A stretch of 64,000 nucleotides of DNA, taken from a virus. Each line of letters opens with the position of its first letter. Position 1 is the first letter of the stretch. The notes under the pieces are model-generated. The model searched no databases. It was not told where the DNA came from and was given only the letters and a program-made list of their open reading frames with translations. The translations under genes were made by a program, and so were the position numbers. Positions 55,695-64,000 of this stretch are shown here, in pieces. Location: IMG/VR virus record IMGVR_UViG_3300049845_000291, positions 32,001-96,000 of that record, one strand, 5' to 3'.

Positions 55695-56213
55695 TCACCC
55701 CGTAAAGATGGCTGGCCAGAATCCGCTGAAGTTATAGGTTTCCGGCGCTGTTGAAGCGAGCATATTGACACGGTGTTGCTCCGCAACACCAAAGGCCGTC
55801 ATATCTAAAGTTGCAGCGGCGTTAAAGATGGACAGAGCGATAGCTGGTGTCATCTCGATGAATGATCCATCCATCGTTTTCCATTGAATTCCAGTAGGCA
55901 ACCCAGCGCCCATCATCACGAGACCAAGTTGTTGAATTCGCGATGTTTGATCAGAGTGAAACCACTTATTGATGGATGCGATAAACACACCACCATTTTG
56001 GCGCCGCGTGCGTTCATCCTGAATGGCAAGCCACATTCGATCCTTCTTCATTTGAAGGATCTCAGCGTCTAGTAATTCTTTCGTGGGGAGAGCTCCAGCG
56101 CCCTCGACAAGAAGGCTCTGATAATCTGCTGCCGAGCCCTGAGCTCGTACCACAAGCTCAGGGTGGTTCTGGACAATTGCATCAAGGTAATTTGGAATTT
56201 GGATGACGCTCAT
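55695..56213 (-). CDS. Tail fibre assembly protein (DUF4376-like)
   Basis: WFHSDQTSRIQQLGL...WKTMDGSF; directly downstream of a fibre gene. Confidence 0.75.
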   Translation of the reverse strand: MSVIQIPNYLDAIVQNHPELVVRAQGSAADYQSLLVEGAGALPTKELLDAEILQMKKDRMWLAIQDERTRRQNGGVFIASINKWFHSDQTSRIQQLGLVMMGAGLPTGIQWKTMDGSFIEMTPAIALSIFNAAATLDMTAFGVAEQHRVNMLASTAPETYNFSGFWPAIFTG

Positions 56214-58273
56214 CAGCCCACCTCTGTAATTTCATAGCTAGACACGAGAGCCCCGCCAAGATCGTTTCCGGCGCTTGTTGAATTGACATACCAAGTTCCA
56301 GAGCCCGCACCAATACCAACACGCATTGAGTACGTGATTTGATTAGTGGTGGCTGGACTATCAGACACCGCTAGCGTAATTGTTGTTGGGCGACCGCCAC
56401 CAGTGGCGTACCAGACCGCAGATCCAATGTTAAGGGACCCACGAAAGAGCGAAGCAATAACGATGCGGTTTGAGGTGCTGCTGTCAACCGTAAATGGTAC
56501 CGTGAACTTCATTGTTGAAGTTGACTTTGACGGCGAAATTGCGGTGCTCCAGATCTCCGATCCTTCAGTGATCGTAGGGGTAGTGTTATCGTAAGGGACA
56601 GCTGACGTACCTGAAGTCGACGGAATTATTCCCGTGTAGACCGCAAGAATACCGACGCCGCCTGAAACAACCGTGCCGATTTGATACCACTGTCCGTTTT
56701 GGTAGATTTCTGTCGCATTGAGCGTGCTGTTGTACCTAATTTCGCCATTGAGCGGCACTGCTGGCCGCTCAGCTGTTGTTCCAGTTGGAACAACCACACC
56801 CTCTGTTCCAGGAAGAACCGGATTTGGTGCTATGGCAACGGTTGGGTTGGCTGAGGTTCCTGCTCCATCTGCGACCGTGATCTGATTGGTCGTTCCTTGA
56901 ATGGCGCGGGTTGCCCATGTGTCCGCACCTGTGCGGACAGCAATACCCGTTGTGGTAAGCCCCTCAACTGCCGCTAGATCGTTAGCAAGAGCAAATGTTG
57001 GATTTCCACCAACACCAGCAGGGTGGGTGATGGTGATACCGGATGCTGGAGCCGTTAGTGAACGTGCTGCCCAAGTGTCTACATCAATTCGCGTGTAGAA
57101 ACCGGTGCCATTGAGCGTTTCGATGGCAGCGAGATCATTTGCAAGAGCAAAAACCAGCGTCCCGGCAGAAGTTATAGGGGCGCCAGTAATTGTCAACCCA
57201 GCTGCAGGCTGTGTCACATCTACAGAGGTAACGGTTCCATTTCCTGCTGATGCGTACTCCAAAGCAGTACCAGCGGCATTGACCCTGAGCACCTGCAGTG
57301 CTGTTCCGATCGTTGCGAGTCCTGTTCCACCATTTGCAGTCGGAATAATGCCGCTCAGTGCAATTGTTGGGTTAGCGGTGCTACCATCAGCAACTGAGAT
57401 GGTGATATTCTGTCCACCAACTAAAGTGCGGGTTGCCCATGTGTCCGCGCCCGTACGTACCGCGATGCCCGTTGTGGTAAGCCCCTCAACTGCCGCTAGA
57501 TCGTTAGCGAGCGTGAAGACCAGTGTACCAGCTGTAGTGATTGGCGAACCGCTGATCGTGAAGCCGGCTGTTGGAGCCGTTGCCGCAACCGAGGTAACGG
57601 TGCCAGTGCCACCAGTTTGGGCGCTGTTAACCCATGCCACACCGTTATATGACAGCACCTGCCCATTAGTTGGAGAGCTGATGATGACATCAGACAGGTC
57701 ATCTAAAGACAGAGAGATAGCTGCAGGTGCCACGGAGACCACACGACCAAATGTGTCAGTCGTGAAGACAGGAACCGAGTTAGCTGAACCGTAGGTTCCA
57801 GCTGCGCCGGCGGGAACCAGGTTGATTGTCGGATTGCCTGCAATCCCGTCACCATTATCGACGACAACGTTACCAGCGGTCCCGGTAAGAACGCGGGTGA
57901 CCCACGTATCAGCTCCAATCCTAGATGCGAGACCAGAACTAGACAGACCTTCTAGAGCGGCAAGGTCATTTGCCAGCGTGAATGTTAGCGTGCCAGCATT
58001 TTGAATAGGCCCACCAGAAATGGTGAGACCGGAAGATGGTTGAACAACGTTGATCTCAACGTCGCCATTTTGCAGGTGCCAATTCCAACTGGCGTCAGAT
58101 TCGCCTGACTTGATGTAAAGTTCGCCGTTGTCTCTTAGAAAGAGAGAACCACGCGGAGCTGGCGTGCCAGCTCCGACGCTTGGATCGACGTTCCCTGAAA
58201 AGATCGCGATGTCAGTTTCAGTGAATGCAAGACCATTCTCGAACTGAAACGCTAGTGATAGATCTGTCGCCAT
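56213..58273 (-). CDS. Tail fibre protein with four LANDLAA repeats
   Basis: Repeats shared with the fibre at 3..2282; PTGTTAERP...IRYN motif. Confidence 0.8.
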   Translation of the reverse strand: MATDLSLAFQFENGLAFTETDIAIFSGNVDPSVGAGTPAPRGSLFLRDNGELYIKSGESDASWNWHLQNGDVEINVVQPSSGLTISGGPIQNAGTLTFTLANDLAALEGLSSSGLASRIGADTWVTRVLTGTAGNVVVDNGDGIAGNPTINLVPAGAAGTYGSANSVPVFTTDTFGRVVSVAPAAISLSLDDLSDVIISSPTNGQVLSYNGVAWVNSAQTGGTGTVTSVAATAPTAGFTISGSPITTAGTLVFTLANDLAAVEGLTTTGIAVRTGADTWATRTLVGGQNITISVADGSTANPTIALSGIIPTANGGTGLATIGTALQVLRVNAAGTALEYASAGNGTVTSVDVTQPAAGLTITGAPITSAGTLVFALANDLAAIETLNGTGFYTRIDVDTWAARSLTAPASGITITHPAGVGGNPTFALANDLAAVEGLTTTGIAVRTGADTWATRAIQGTTNQITVADGAGTSANPTVAIAPNPVLPGTEGVVVPTGTTAERPAVPLNGEIRYNSTLNATEIYQNGQWYQIGTVVSGGVGILAVYTGIIPSTSGTSAVPYDNTTPTITEGSEIWSTAISPSKSTSTMKFTVPFTVDSSTSNRIVIASLFRGSLNIGSAVWYATGGGRPTTITLAVSDSPATTNQITYSMRVGIGAGSGTWYVNSTSAGNDLGGALVSSYEITEVG

Positions 58274-58298
58274 TCACAATCTCTTCAGGTGCTGTTCA

Positions 58299-59633
58299 TT
58301 AGAACGCGGCGATAGCTGAGATTCGCTGGGCCTTGACGTCAACGGCTGCGGTTGATTGGACGTTCAGCACAAGCGAACCACCCGACAGCGTAACAGTCGC
58401 TTGGAACCCAGTGATGTTTCCACCGCGGGTGAGAGCGGCAAAGATCGTCGAATCAACGCTGGTACCATTGTGCATCGCGAAGACCTTGAAGGAACGGATG
58501 CGGGTTGGGGTGGCGGTTTCACGAACGTAGACATCCCACTCGGCAGCAACTGCAGCAACGGTATCGACCGCAGAGATCGAGGTGACGTTGGTCAGCGTGG
58601 TGGTCAGGCTGGTAGCCGCGATGGCTGCGTCAAGCTTGCCAACAGCTGCGGTGACACTGTCGCCATCAACGATGTAGTTGTTGGTGCTGTAGTCAGGAGT
58701 GCCAACCCCGGCGGTCTTACCGAGATAATCGTTGATCGAGGCAACTTCACCATCTAGCGCAGTAACGTTCTGGTTGACGGTGTTGGCTGCAAGAATGACT
58801 TCGCCGTTTGCAACGGTACCGCCGATCTCAGCATCGAGCTTACCAATGGCAACTTCAAGGTTGTCACCGTCAGCGACGATGTTGACCGAGCTGTAGTCTG
58901 GCAGCTCGTTGCCAGCACCAGTCTTGCCCATGAAGGCATTGGCAAATGCCGATTCAGCATCAAGCTTACCAATGCCAGTTTCCAGGCTGTCGCTATTGGC
59001 AACTACTGTGGTGCTGGTGTAGGTTGGGAGCTCGTTACCTGGACCATCTTTACCGATGAAGGCGCGAATGAAGGCGTCCTCGTCAGAGGCGGAGCCCTGA
59101 ATCCAGATCCAGTCCGTACCGTCGTACTGGTAAGTCTTGCCAGCGTCAACACCGCCAACAACGTAGGTGGTGTCACCAGAAGATTCTGGGTTCAAGTCTT
59201 CTGTGAGAGTCCAGTTGCCAGACGTGCCGCTGACAACGAAGATGTTCTTGTTGCCGGTGACGCTTGCGCCAAGGATCCGCATACCGAGCGTGACTGGAAC
59301 GCCCTGGATCAGGTCATCGGCGTCAAGATCGGCCTTCAGGCTCGCGACATCGGTTGCCGTCGTGTCGATGACCGAAACCGGTTCACGCCAGGAAAGACCC
59401 GAAGACGCAACTGTGTTGACATAGTCCTCAGTTGCAATCTTCTTCCACTTGTCAGTGCCGACACCAGCGGCAACCTTCATGTAAAGGTCGCCGGAGGTGG
59501 TATCCGTGAAGTACGAACCGCGTGGGGCGGTGGAAGTATCACCGGAAGCGCCTGGAGCGCCTGCGCCGGTGAGGAATTGCGCTGCTTCATCGAGCTCAAG
59601 GCCACGATAAATGCGGAAGAAATCTGCTGCCAT
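58299..59633 (-). CDS. Virion structural / fibre-like protein with internal repeats
   Basis: Three to four P-x-Y-S...GKLDA repeats; TAAATA at 59671 and AGGAG RBS. Confidence 0.7.
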   Translation of the reverse strand: MAADFFRIYRGLELDEAAQFLTGAGAPGASGDTSTAPRGSYFTDTTSGDLYMKVAAGVGTDKWKKIATEDYVNTVASSGLSWREPVSVIDTTATDVASLKADLDADDLIQGVPVTLGMRILGASVTGNKNIFVVSGTSGNWTLTEDLNPESSGDTTYVVGGVDAGKTYQYDGTDWIWIQGSASDEDAFIRAFIGKDGPGNELPTYTSTTVVANSDSLETGIGKLDAESAFANAFMGKTGAGNELPDYSSVNIVADGDNLEVAIGKLDAEIGGTVANGEVILAANTVNQNVTALDGEVASINDYLGKTAGVGTPDYSTNNYIVDGDSVTAAVGKLDAAIAATSLTTTLTNVTSISAVDTVAAVAAEWDVYVRETATPTRIRSFKVFAMHNGTSVDSTIFAALTRGGNITGFQATVTLSGGSLVLNVQSTAAVDVKAQRISAIAAF

Positions 59634-59677
59634 AGTGTGTCTCCTACTGGATCCTAAGGATCAATGCCTCTATTTAG

Positions 59678-60388
59678 TCAATGTTGAATGCGGGTGACAG
59701 TAACTTCGACGTCGAATGCCTCGTCGTTCTGCCAAACCAGTCTGATCTTTTTTAGGGCCGTGTCCAACACAATGCTGGCCGTTCCCAAAAACCGGTCGCC
59801 AACTCGCGAGCTGACATTCCAAGTTCCTGATTCAAGGTCATTCAACAAGTCACCGCGGACATTGCATAGAACCTCGAAGGTTGTTGAGTTGAAGTTCGAC
59901 GGCGCATACAGCGTCACGAAGAACTTGAAGCCGCGTTTTGTCGAGCTGTAATCAGCTTCATCGACGATCGCGGTCTGTGCGCCAAGTACGGTACTTGTTG
60001 ATGTTCCACCGGGCACGTCTCCAGCACCAGTCGAAACAGGCAGCTGCATTGCGCGCTGCATCGTCTCGGCTGTGACGCGATGGTCGACAAGCGTCTCATT
60101 TCCAACGGCGCTGGACCAAGCTTGCGCCGTTGTCCCTTCCATTCCACGATCTGAAAGGCTAAAGTACAGCGTATCGCCAACGCGCTGCGTGACCTTGATG
60201 ATCTCACGGGTGGTGGCCGCCTGGTCTTCAAGCGTGACTAGGAAGTACTCGCCAGGCCCTGGATTTGGGAACAGCGCACCATACCCCGCCATCACCGTCA
60301 ATGACGTTGAAGTCGCGCTAATAGGTGCGGTCAGGAGGCTGACCGCGTTGTTCGAAAACAGCTGAACCTCTGAAAGCGATACTGGCAT
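59678..60388 (-). CDS. Virion structural protein
   Basis: FSNNAVSLL...EIIKVT...RGMEGTTA tail-associated motif. Confidence 0.65.
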   Translation of the reverse strand: MPVSLSEVQLFSNNAVSLLTAPISATSTSLTVMAGYGALFPNPGPGEYFLVTLEDQAATTREIIKVTQRVGDTLYFSLSDRGMEGTTAQAWSSAVGNETLVDHRVTAETMQRAMQLPVSTGAGDVPGGTSTSTVLGAQTAIVDEADYSSTKRGFKFFVTLYAPSNFNSTTFEVLCNVRGDLLNDLESGTWNVSSRVGDRFLGTASIVLDTALKKIRLVWQNDEAFDVEVTVTRIQH

Positions 60389-60588
60389 TATGCTCTCACT
60401 TTTCCTTGGTGTTCAGCAAGAACCTGTAGGAATCGCTGCTTCGACATCGTCGAATCAACTGCTTCCTTAAAGGCATCGACCTGATCAAGAGGCACCAGCA
60501 CCTCTAAACGATCGATCCCATGTTGAATCTTAAAGACTCGAAATGGCCTTTTACTTAGCGTGTTGTTTAGGTCCGCGATGAGCTTCAT
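60388..60588 (-). CDS. Small hypothetical protein
   Basis: Coupled ORF. Confidence 0.5.
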   Translation of the reverse strand: MKLIADLNNTLSKRPFRVFKIQHGIDRLEVLVPLDQVDAFKEAVDSTMSKQRFLQVLAEHQGKVRA

Positions 60589-61046
60589 CGAGCCCCCAAG
60601 TACTCAGCGTAAGTGGAAAGTACCGCGCGAATGGAATGTCCACGCCCAGATGGTGACTCGATCTGCGTGACCTGCTTCAGCGGCAGAGTTTTCAGGTCCC
60701 CAGCCTCATCTTCGCCATGCACCTGAAGCCCTTCGGCTAGCCTGGTCTTGACGAGCTTGTAAGCTTTGAGGCGGATCTTGAGCTGCCCGAAGAACACAAT
60801 GTCGTCAGGCTGCGGAAGGTGAACCTTGCGCGAGAAGGCACCGACTGTTTCAAAGGCCCCACCATCAGGGTGAACAGGGGTCTTATTGATCCCGATGATG
60901 TCCTTGAAGGACACCGCCAAAGGCTCGGGGCCGTCCTGCTCTACGAAGACGGCTGGACTAGCACGGTACGGTGCGTACGATAGAACGCGCAAGACTTTCT
61001 TGTCTCGCGTCGTGATCGTGTCATTTTTGATTGGAACGACGAGCAT
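60585..61046 (-). CDS. Hypothetical late protein
   Basis: TAAATA at 61067. Confidence 0.6.
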   Translation of the reverse strand: MLVVPIKNDTITTRDKKVLRVLSYAPYRASPAVFVEQDGPEPLAVSFKDIIGINKTPVHPDGGAFETVGAFSRKVHLPQPDDIVFFGQLKIRLKAYKLVKTRLAEGLQVHGEDEAGDLKTLPLKQVTQIESPSGRGHSIRAVLSTYAEYLGAR

Positions 61047-61083
61047 GCTAACCTAGGTCCTTCCTGTATTTACAGGTGCTAGG

Positions 61084-61257
61084 CTATTTCACGTTCAGCT
61101 CGTCGTCGTCATCCTTAAGGTCATCGAGCTCCTCTTCGAGTAGCTCTTCCTCTAGATCGCGCAGGTACTGCTTAAATGAAGCACGTCGCTTGCGCGCACC
61201 TTCATCAAAAACCTTGTCCTTTTTCTTGCGACTACGTGTGTCGACGTGGCTTCCCAT
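61084..61257 (-). CDS. 57-aa basic/acidic bipartite protein (not in ORF track)
   Basis: MGSHVDTRSRKKKDKVFDEGARKRRASFKQYLRDLEEELLEEELDDLKDDDDELNVK; TAAATA at 61285. Confidence 0.55.
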   Translation of the reverse strand: MGSHVDTRSRKKKDKVFDEGARKRRASFKQYLRDLEEELLEEELDDLKDDDDELNVK

Positions 61258-61283
61258 TCCCAACCTGCATGTTACGAGGCTCC

Positions 61284-61763
61284 TTATTTATCGCCTTCAG
61301 CAGGTGTACGGGTGTCCAGCACCCAAAGAGTGCTGTCAGGAAGGTAGCGTGAGATCAGGGCGCTGACAACCTGCCAGTCAGCGCCGCCCAGGCCGCAGCC
61401 GATTAGTGGGTGATGGCAATCAGCAGAGGTAAGGCTCAAACCTTGCAGCTGCCAGGCCAGGGTGGCAAGTGCTTCATCGAGGGCGTCGTACGACGTGTAC
61501 CGACGCTTCTCGCGGCCGTAATACCGCTGACCGAACAGGTTCGCCACGTAAAGATCGGGAGTTACCTTCAAGACCTGAACCAGACCAAGCAGCTCATGGT
61601 CTGAAAAGAGCTTGCAGCGCTCCTCGTACCGCTCCCAGACAATGGGGTACTTGGCGCGCAGCTCCTTTGCAATCCCGGAGGCCATGACTCCCTGGCAGTT
61701 CACCTGGTGCATGATGACGCCTTTGGTGACGCCTGTAACGAGATTGCCGTTCACGATCTTCAT
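61284..61763 (-). CDS. Macrodomain protein (Appr-1''-p / ADP-ribose processing)
   Basis: HQVNCQGVMASGIA, VANLFGQ, PLIGCGLGGADW. Confidence 0.92.
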   Translation of the reverse strand: MKIVNGNLVTGVTKGVIMHQVNCQGVMASGIAKELRAKYPIVWERYEERCKLFSDHELLGLVQVLKVTPDLYVANLFGQRYYGREKRRYTSYDALDEALATLAWQLQGLSLTSADCHHPLIGCGLGGADWQVVSALISRYLPDSTLWVLDTRTPAEGDK

Positions 61764-61803
61764 GGCGACGACCGGTGCATCCGGTCTCCTTGGTGGTTGG
61801 TAC

Positions 61804-61850
61804 TGTGTCGGTAGCGATTCGGTGTCACCGGCGTCGTCTGGTGTCGTCGG
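61804..61850 (-). repeat. Cluster of degenerate CCGGCGACAC motifs
   Basis: CCGACGACACCAG...CCGGTGACAC...CCGACAC, starting immediately after the stop of 61851..62300. Confidence 0.65.
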
Positions 61851-62300
61851 TCAGGCGTCTGCATATTCCTTGGAGATTGACAGGAACTCGATTCGATCGA
61901 GCTCCCGCTGCAGCCGCTCCTCGGTCTTGACCGCGCGCTTCATGATCCTGAGCAAGGCGTACGCCAGGTCACGGTACTCGTGCCCAAGGTACTCGTGCGC
62001 CACGCTGCCGTCGCCTTTCCAGGACAAGCAGTAATCGATGACCTGCTCAATCAACAGGTGCTTGTCGGCGATGTTCTCGATCTTCGGTTCGTCAACAGCC
62101 CTGAGCGCCCGCTCATCGGCAACTCGCTTCGCGACTTCCTTGGAGAACAGCTCGTTCTCATGACAGCGTGAAAACGAGAACTTCAGGGTCTCATCGCCGT
62201 TGCGCTCAAACCGAAGACACACGCCGCCCTTTGGGTCAGTTTCGATCTCACAACGCTCAAGGTTCAGTCGAACAGGTCGTACATACCGATAGAAGATCAT
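61851..62300 (-). CDS. Hypothetical protein
   Basis: 149-aa ORF downstream of thyA. Confidence 0.6.
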   Translation of the reverse strand: MIFYRYVRPVRLNLERCEIETDPKGGVCLRFERNGDETLKFSFSRCHENELFSKEVAKRVADERALRAVDEPKIENIADKHLLIEQVIDYCLSWKGDGSVAHEYLGHEYRDLAYALLRIMKRAVKTEERLQRELDRIEFLSISKEYADA

Positions 62301-62301
62301 G

Positions 62302-63234
62302 TCAAGCTGCCATTTCAGCCTTGATGGGCGGGTGGGGGTTGTAGTTCAGGACGTTGAAGTTCGCTGTCGTGAACTGGTCGAAACGCGGCACGTCGCCATT
62401 GATCTCAATGATCGGCGGAACTCGGGTCGTCCTCCTAAGCTGCTCACGCACTTGATCAAAGTGATTGTGGTAAATGTGCGTGTCGCCCAGCACCATAATC
62501 AACCGATCAGCGATGCAGCCCGTCGTGTACGCCAACATGTACGTCAACAGGGCGTACGACGCGATGTTGAATGGCAGCCCGAGGAACGAGTCCACTGAGC
62601 GCTGGTACATCTGGCACGACAGCCGACGATCAGAGGTCACGAAGAACTGCGCGAACATGTGGCACGGTGGCAAGGCCATCTGGTCGAGCTCACCTGGGTT
62701 CCAGGCGCTAAGCACGATTCGGCGGTCCGTTGGGTTGTTCACAAGCTTGTCGGCGACCTGCTGCAGCTGATCGATCTGTGACTTCAGGACCTTCGCCCCG
62801 AAGTACGTCGTGCTGCCATCATCATGCGTCAGGTAGTCCTCGTACCCGTGAAGGCGGAAACTTTGCCAGTTCCGCCACTGCACACCGTACACGCGCCCCA
62901 GATCACCTTTGAAGGCCGGTTTGAAGCTCGAGCCAGAGGTGTGCTCAGCGTTCGGAGACCAGATCGTCTTCTTCTCTGGATCACGCGTCCCATGAAGCAG
63001 CTCAGCAAGGCGACGTTCGTCACCACTGCCCTCGATGAACCAAAGCAGCTCGGTCAGCACGGCCTTGAATGGCACTCGCTTCGTGGTTGCCAGCGGCAAC
63101 ATGCCGCCCAGCAGCTCAATCTCCAGGCGCTCACCGAACAGCGCCCTGGTTCCAACACCAGTCCGATCCATGCGGTCATCACCATGACGTAGGATCTTGT
63201 CGTACAACGCAAGCAGTTGATCTTCCCAGAACAT
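62302..63234 (-). CDS. thyA: Thymidylate synthase
   Basis: DRTGVGT, ELLWF, GRVYGVQWR, MALPPCH, YQRSVD, GLPFNIASY, DTHIY. Confidence 0.97.
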   Translation of the reverse strand: MFWEDQLLALYDKILRHGDDRMDRTGVGTRALFGERLEIELLGGMLPLATTKRVPFKAVLTELLWFIEGSGDERRLAELLHGTRDPEKKTIWSPNAEHTSGSSFKPAFKGDLGRVYGVQWRNWQSFRLHGYEDYLTHDDGSTTYFGAKVLKSQIDQLQQVADKLVNNPTDRRIVLSAWNPGELDQMALPPCHMFAQFFVTSDRRLSCQMYQRSVDSFLGLPFNIASYALLTYMLAYTTGCIADRLIMVLGDTHIYHNHFDQVREQLRRTTRVPPIIEINGDVPRFDQFTTANFNVLNYNPHPPIKAEMAA

Positions 63235-63752
63235 TATTCGATCCTCTTAATATTGGAGATTGGGACCTCGGTGACCAACCAGACCCCGTTGTCGGCTTGA
63301 TAGAACGGACACAACATGGACCTTGTGCTGATCTCAAGCAGCACCAGATCGCGTTTACGTCGGCCCCCGACGGCCCGTGCGTCGTCTTGGTTCTCTGAGA
63401 GATGGACGTGATGCCGCCTCATGCTCCGCAGTCCCTGCTTTTGGATGGTCTCCCAGGCCTGGTCATTGGTGCCATGGAAGAGCACAGGCGGCGGGGTCTT
63501 GATCGCGTACTTGACGCGCACCAGAGGTGTGCTGTGCCCTTGTACTGCCCGGATCTTCGTTCGATCCGCGTTCAGCGCGTACCGCTGCTTGTCGTCCTGC
63601 TCAACGATCTGCAGGATCTCGTCCAACTGCAGCGCGGTGTTTTGCAGAAGCTGCTCGATCGACACCCAACCCTGGGTGTCGATCGAGAGGTTTGCGGCTT
63701 CGGGCTTGTGCCGCAGCAGGTACGACAGGTACTTTGACGACTCGGTAAGCAT
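63234..63752 (-). CDS. kptA: RNA 2'-phosphotransferase (Tpt1/KptA)
   Basis: SKYLSYLLRH, DKQRY, IRAVQGHS, LFHGT, RHHVHLS, NGVWL. Confidence 0.95.
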   Translation of the reverse strand: MLTESSKYLSYLLRHKPEAANLSIDTQGWVSIEQLLQNTALQLDEILQIVEQDDKQRYALNADRTKIRAVQGHSTPLVRVKYAIKTPPPVLFHGTNDQAWETIQKQGLRSMRRHHVHLSENQDDARAVGGRRKRDLVLLEISTRSMLCPFYQADNGVWLVTEVPISNIKRIE

Positions 63753-63798
63753 GCGCCGATTTTAGCATCGCGCTGCTTTCCGAGCCCCAACGATTGGG

Positions 63799-64000
63799 TT
63801 ATGTCATTGGATCGGCTAGCTGATCTGCTAAGCGAAGCAGTTGGATGGCCGTTCCGACGATGCCTTCCGCCACCGTGGTCATGCGCAGGTCGTCGAAGCT
63901 TTCACGGTTACCGGCGACGTTCAGCACACCGATCTTGGAGGCCACAACGAAGGTGGCAAGCTCACGTGCAGACTTGTCGACGAGGCCGGACCACACGGTC
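63799..64000 (-). CDS. Circularly permuted YpsA/SLOG-family protein, C-terminal part only
   Basis: IGVLNVAGNRES motif; the gene continues beyond the window. Confidence 0.65.
   Translation of the reverse strand, partial: TVWSGLVDKSARELATFVVASKIGVLNVAGNRESFDDLRMTTVAEGIVGTAIQLLRLADQLADPMT

Noticed and set aside
56213-58273. Diversity-generating retroelement or invertase-driven fibre switching
   Set aside because: No reverse transcriptase or recombinase is present in the window, and the repeats are in-frame coding modules in the fibre shaft rather than a template/variable-region pair.
1-64000. tRNA, rRNA or riboswitch genes
   Set aside because: Intergenic gaps are short and no cloverleaf or T-loop consensus was recognised by eye; tRNAscan-SE or Infernal would be needed to exclude them formally.

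Overview
A 64-kb, gene-dense segment of a large T4-like or jumbo myovirus genome. A two-component spanin pair points to a Gram-negative host. All family assignments come from motifs recognised by eye; no database searches were run. The left end (1-7.6 kb, + strand) holds a tail-fibre-like gene, small paralogous beta-domain genes, i/o-spanins, an M23 + GH108-like lysin, a permuted papain-like protein and a PAAR protein. The middle (mostly - strand) holds late-promoter genes with putative head-protease sites, including a 774-aa ligase-fold protein. It also holds the T4-type replication genes (helicase, primase, RNase H, sliding clamp, family B polymerase, DsbA-like), a free-standing GIY-YIG endonuclease, a MoxR/VWA-peptidase pair and many small accessory genes. 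The right end carries virion genes, PhoH, an Rnl1-like RNA ligase, a macrodomain, ThyA, Tpt1/KptA and a SLOG protein. The most distinctive signals are non-coding. A CCGGCGACAC(CAG) motif lies 0-9 nt after the stop codon of six unrelated genes, always on the sense strand. A TGTAAC-N1/2-GTTACA palindrome is built into a GTTACA-N19/20-TAnnAT promoter class, and one copy sits upstream of a LexA-like DNA-binding gene. About a dozen genes appear leaderless, there are about 20 TAAATA late promoters, and one gene probably starts at CUG. No tRNA, rRNA or CRISPR array was found.
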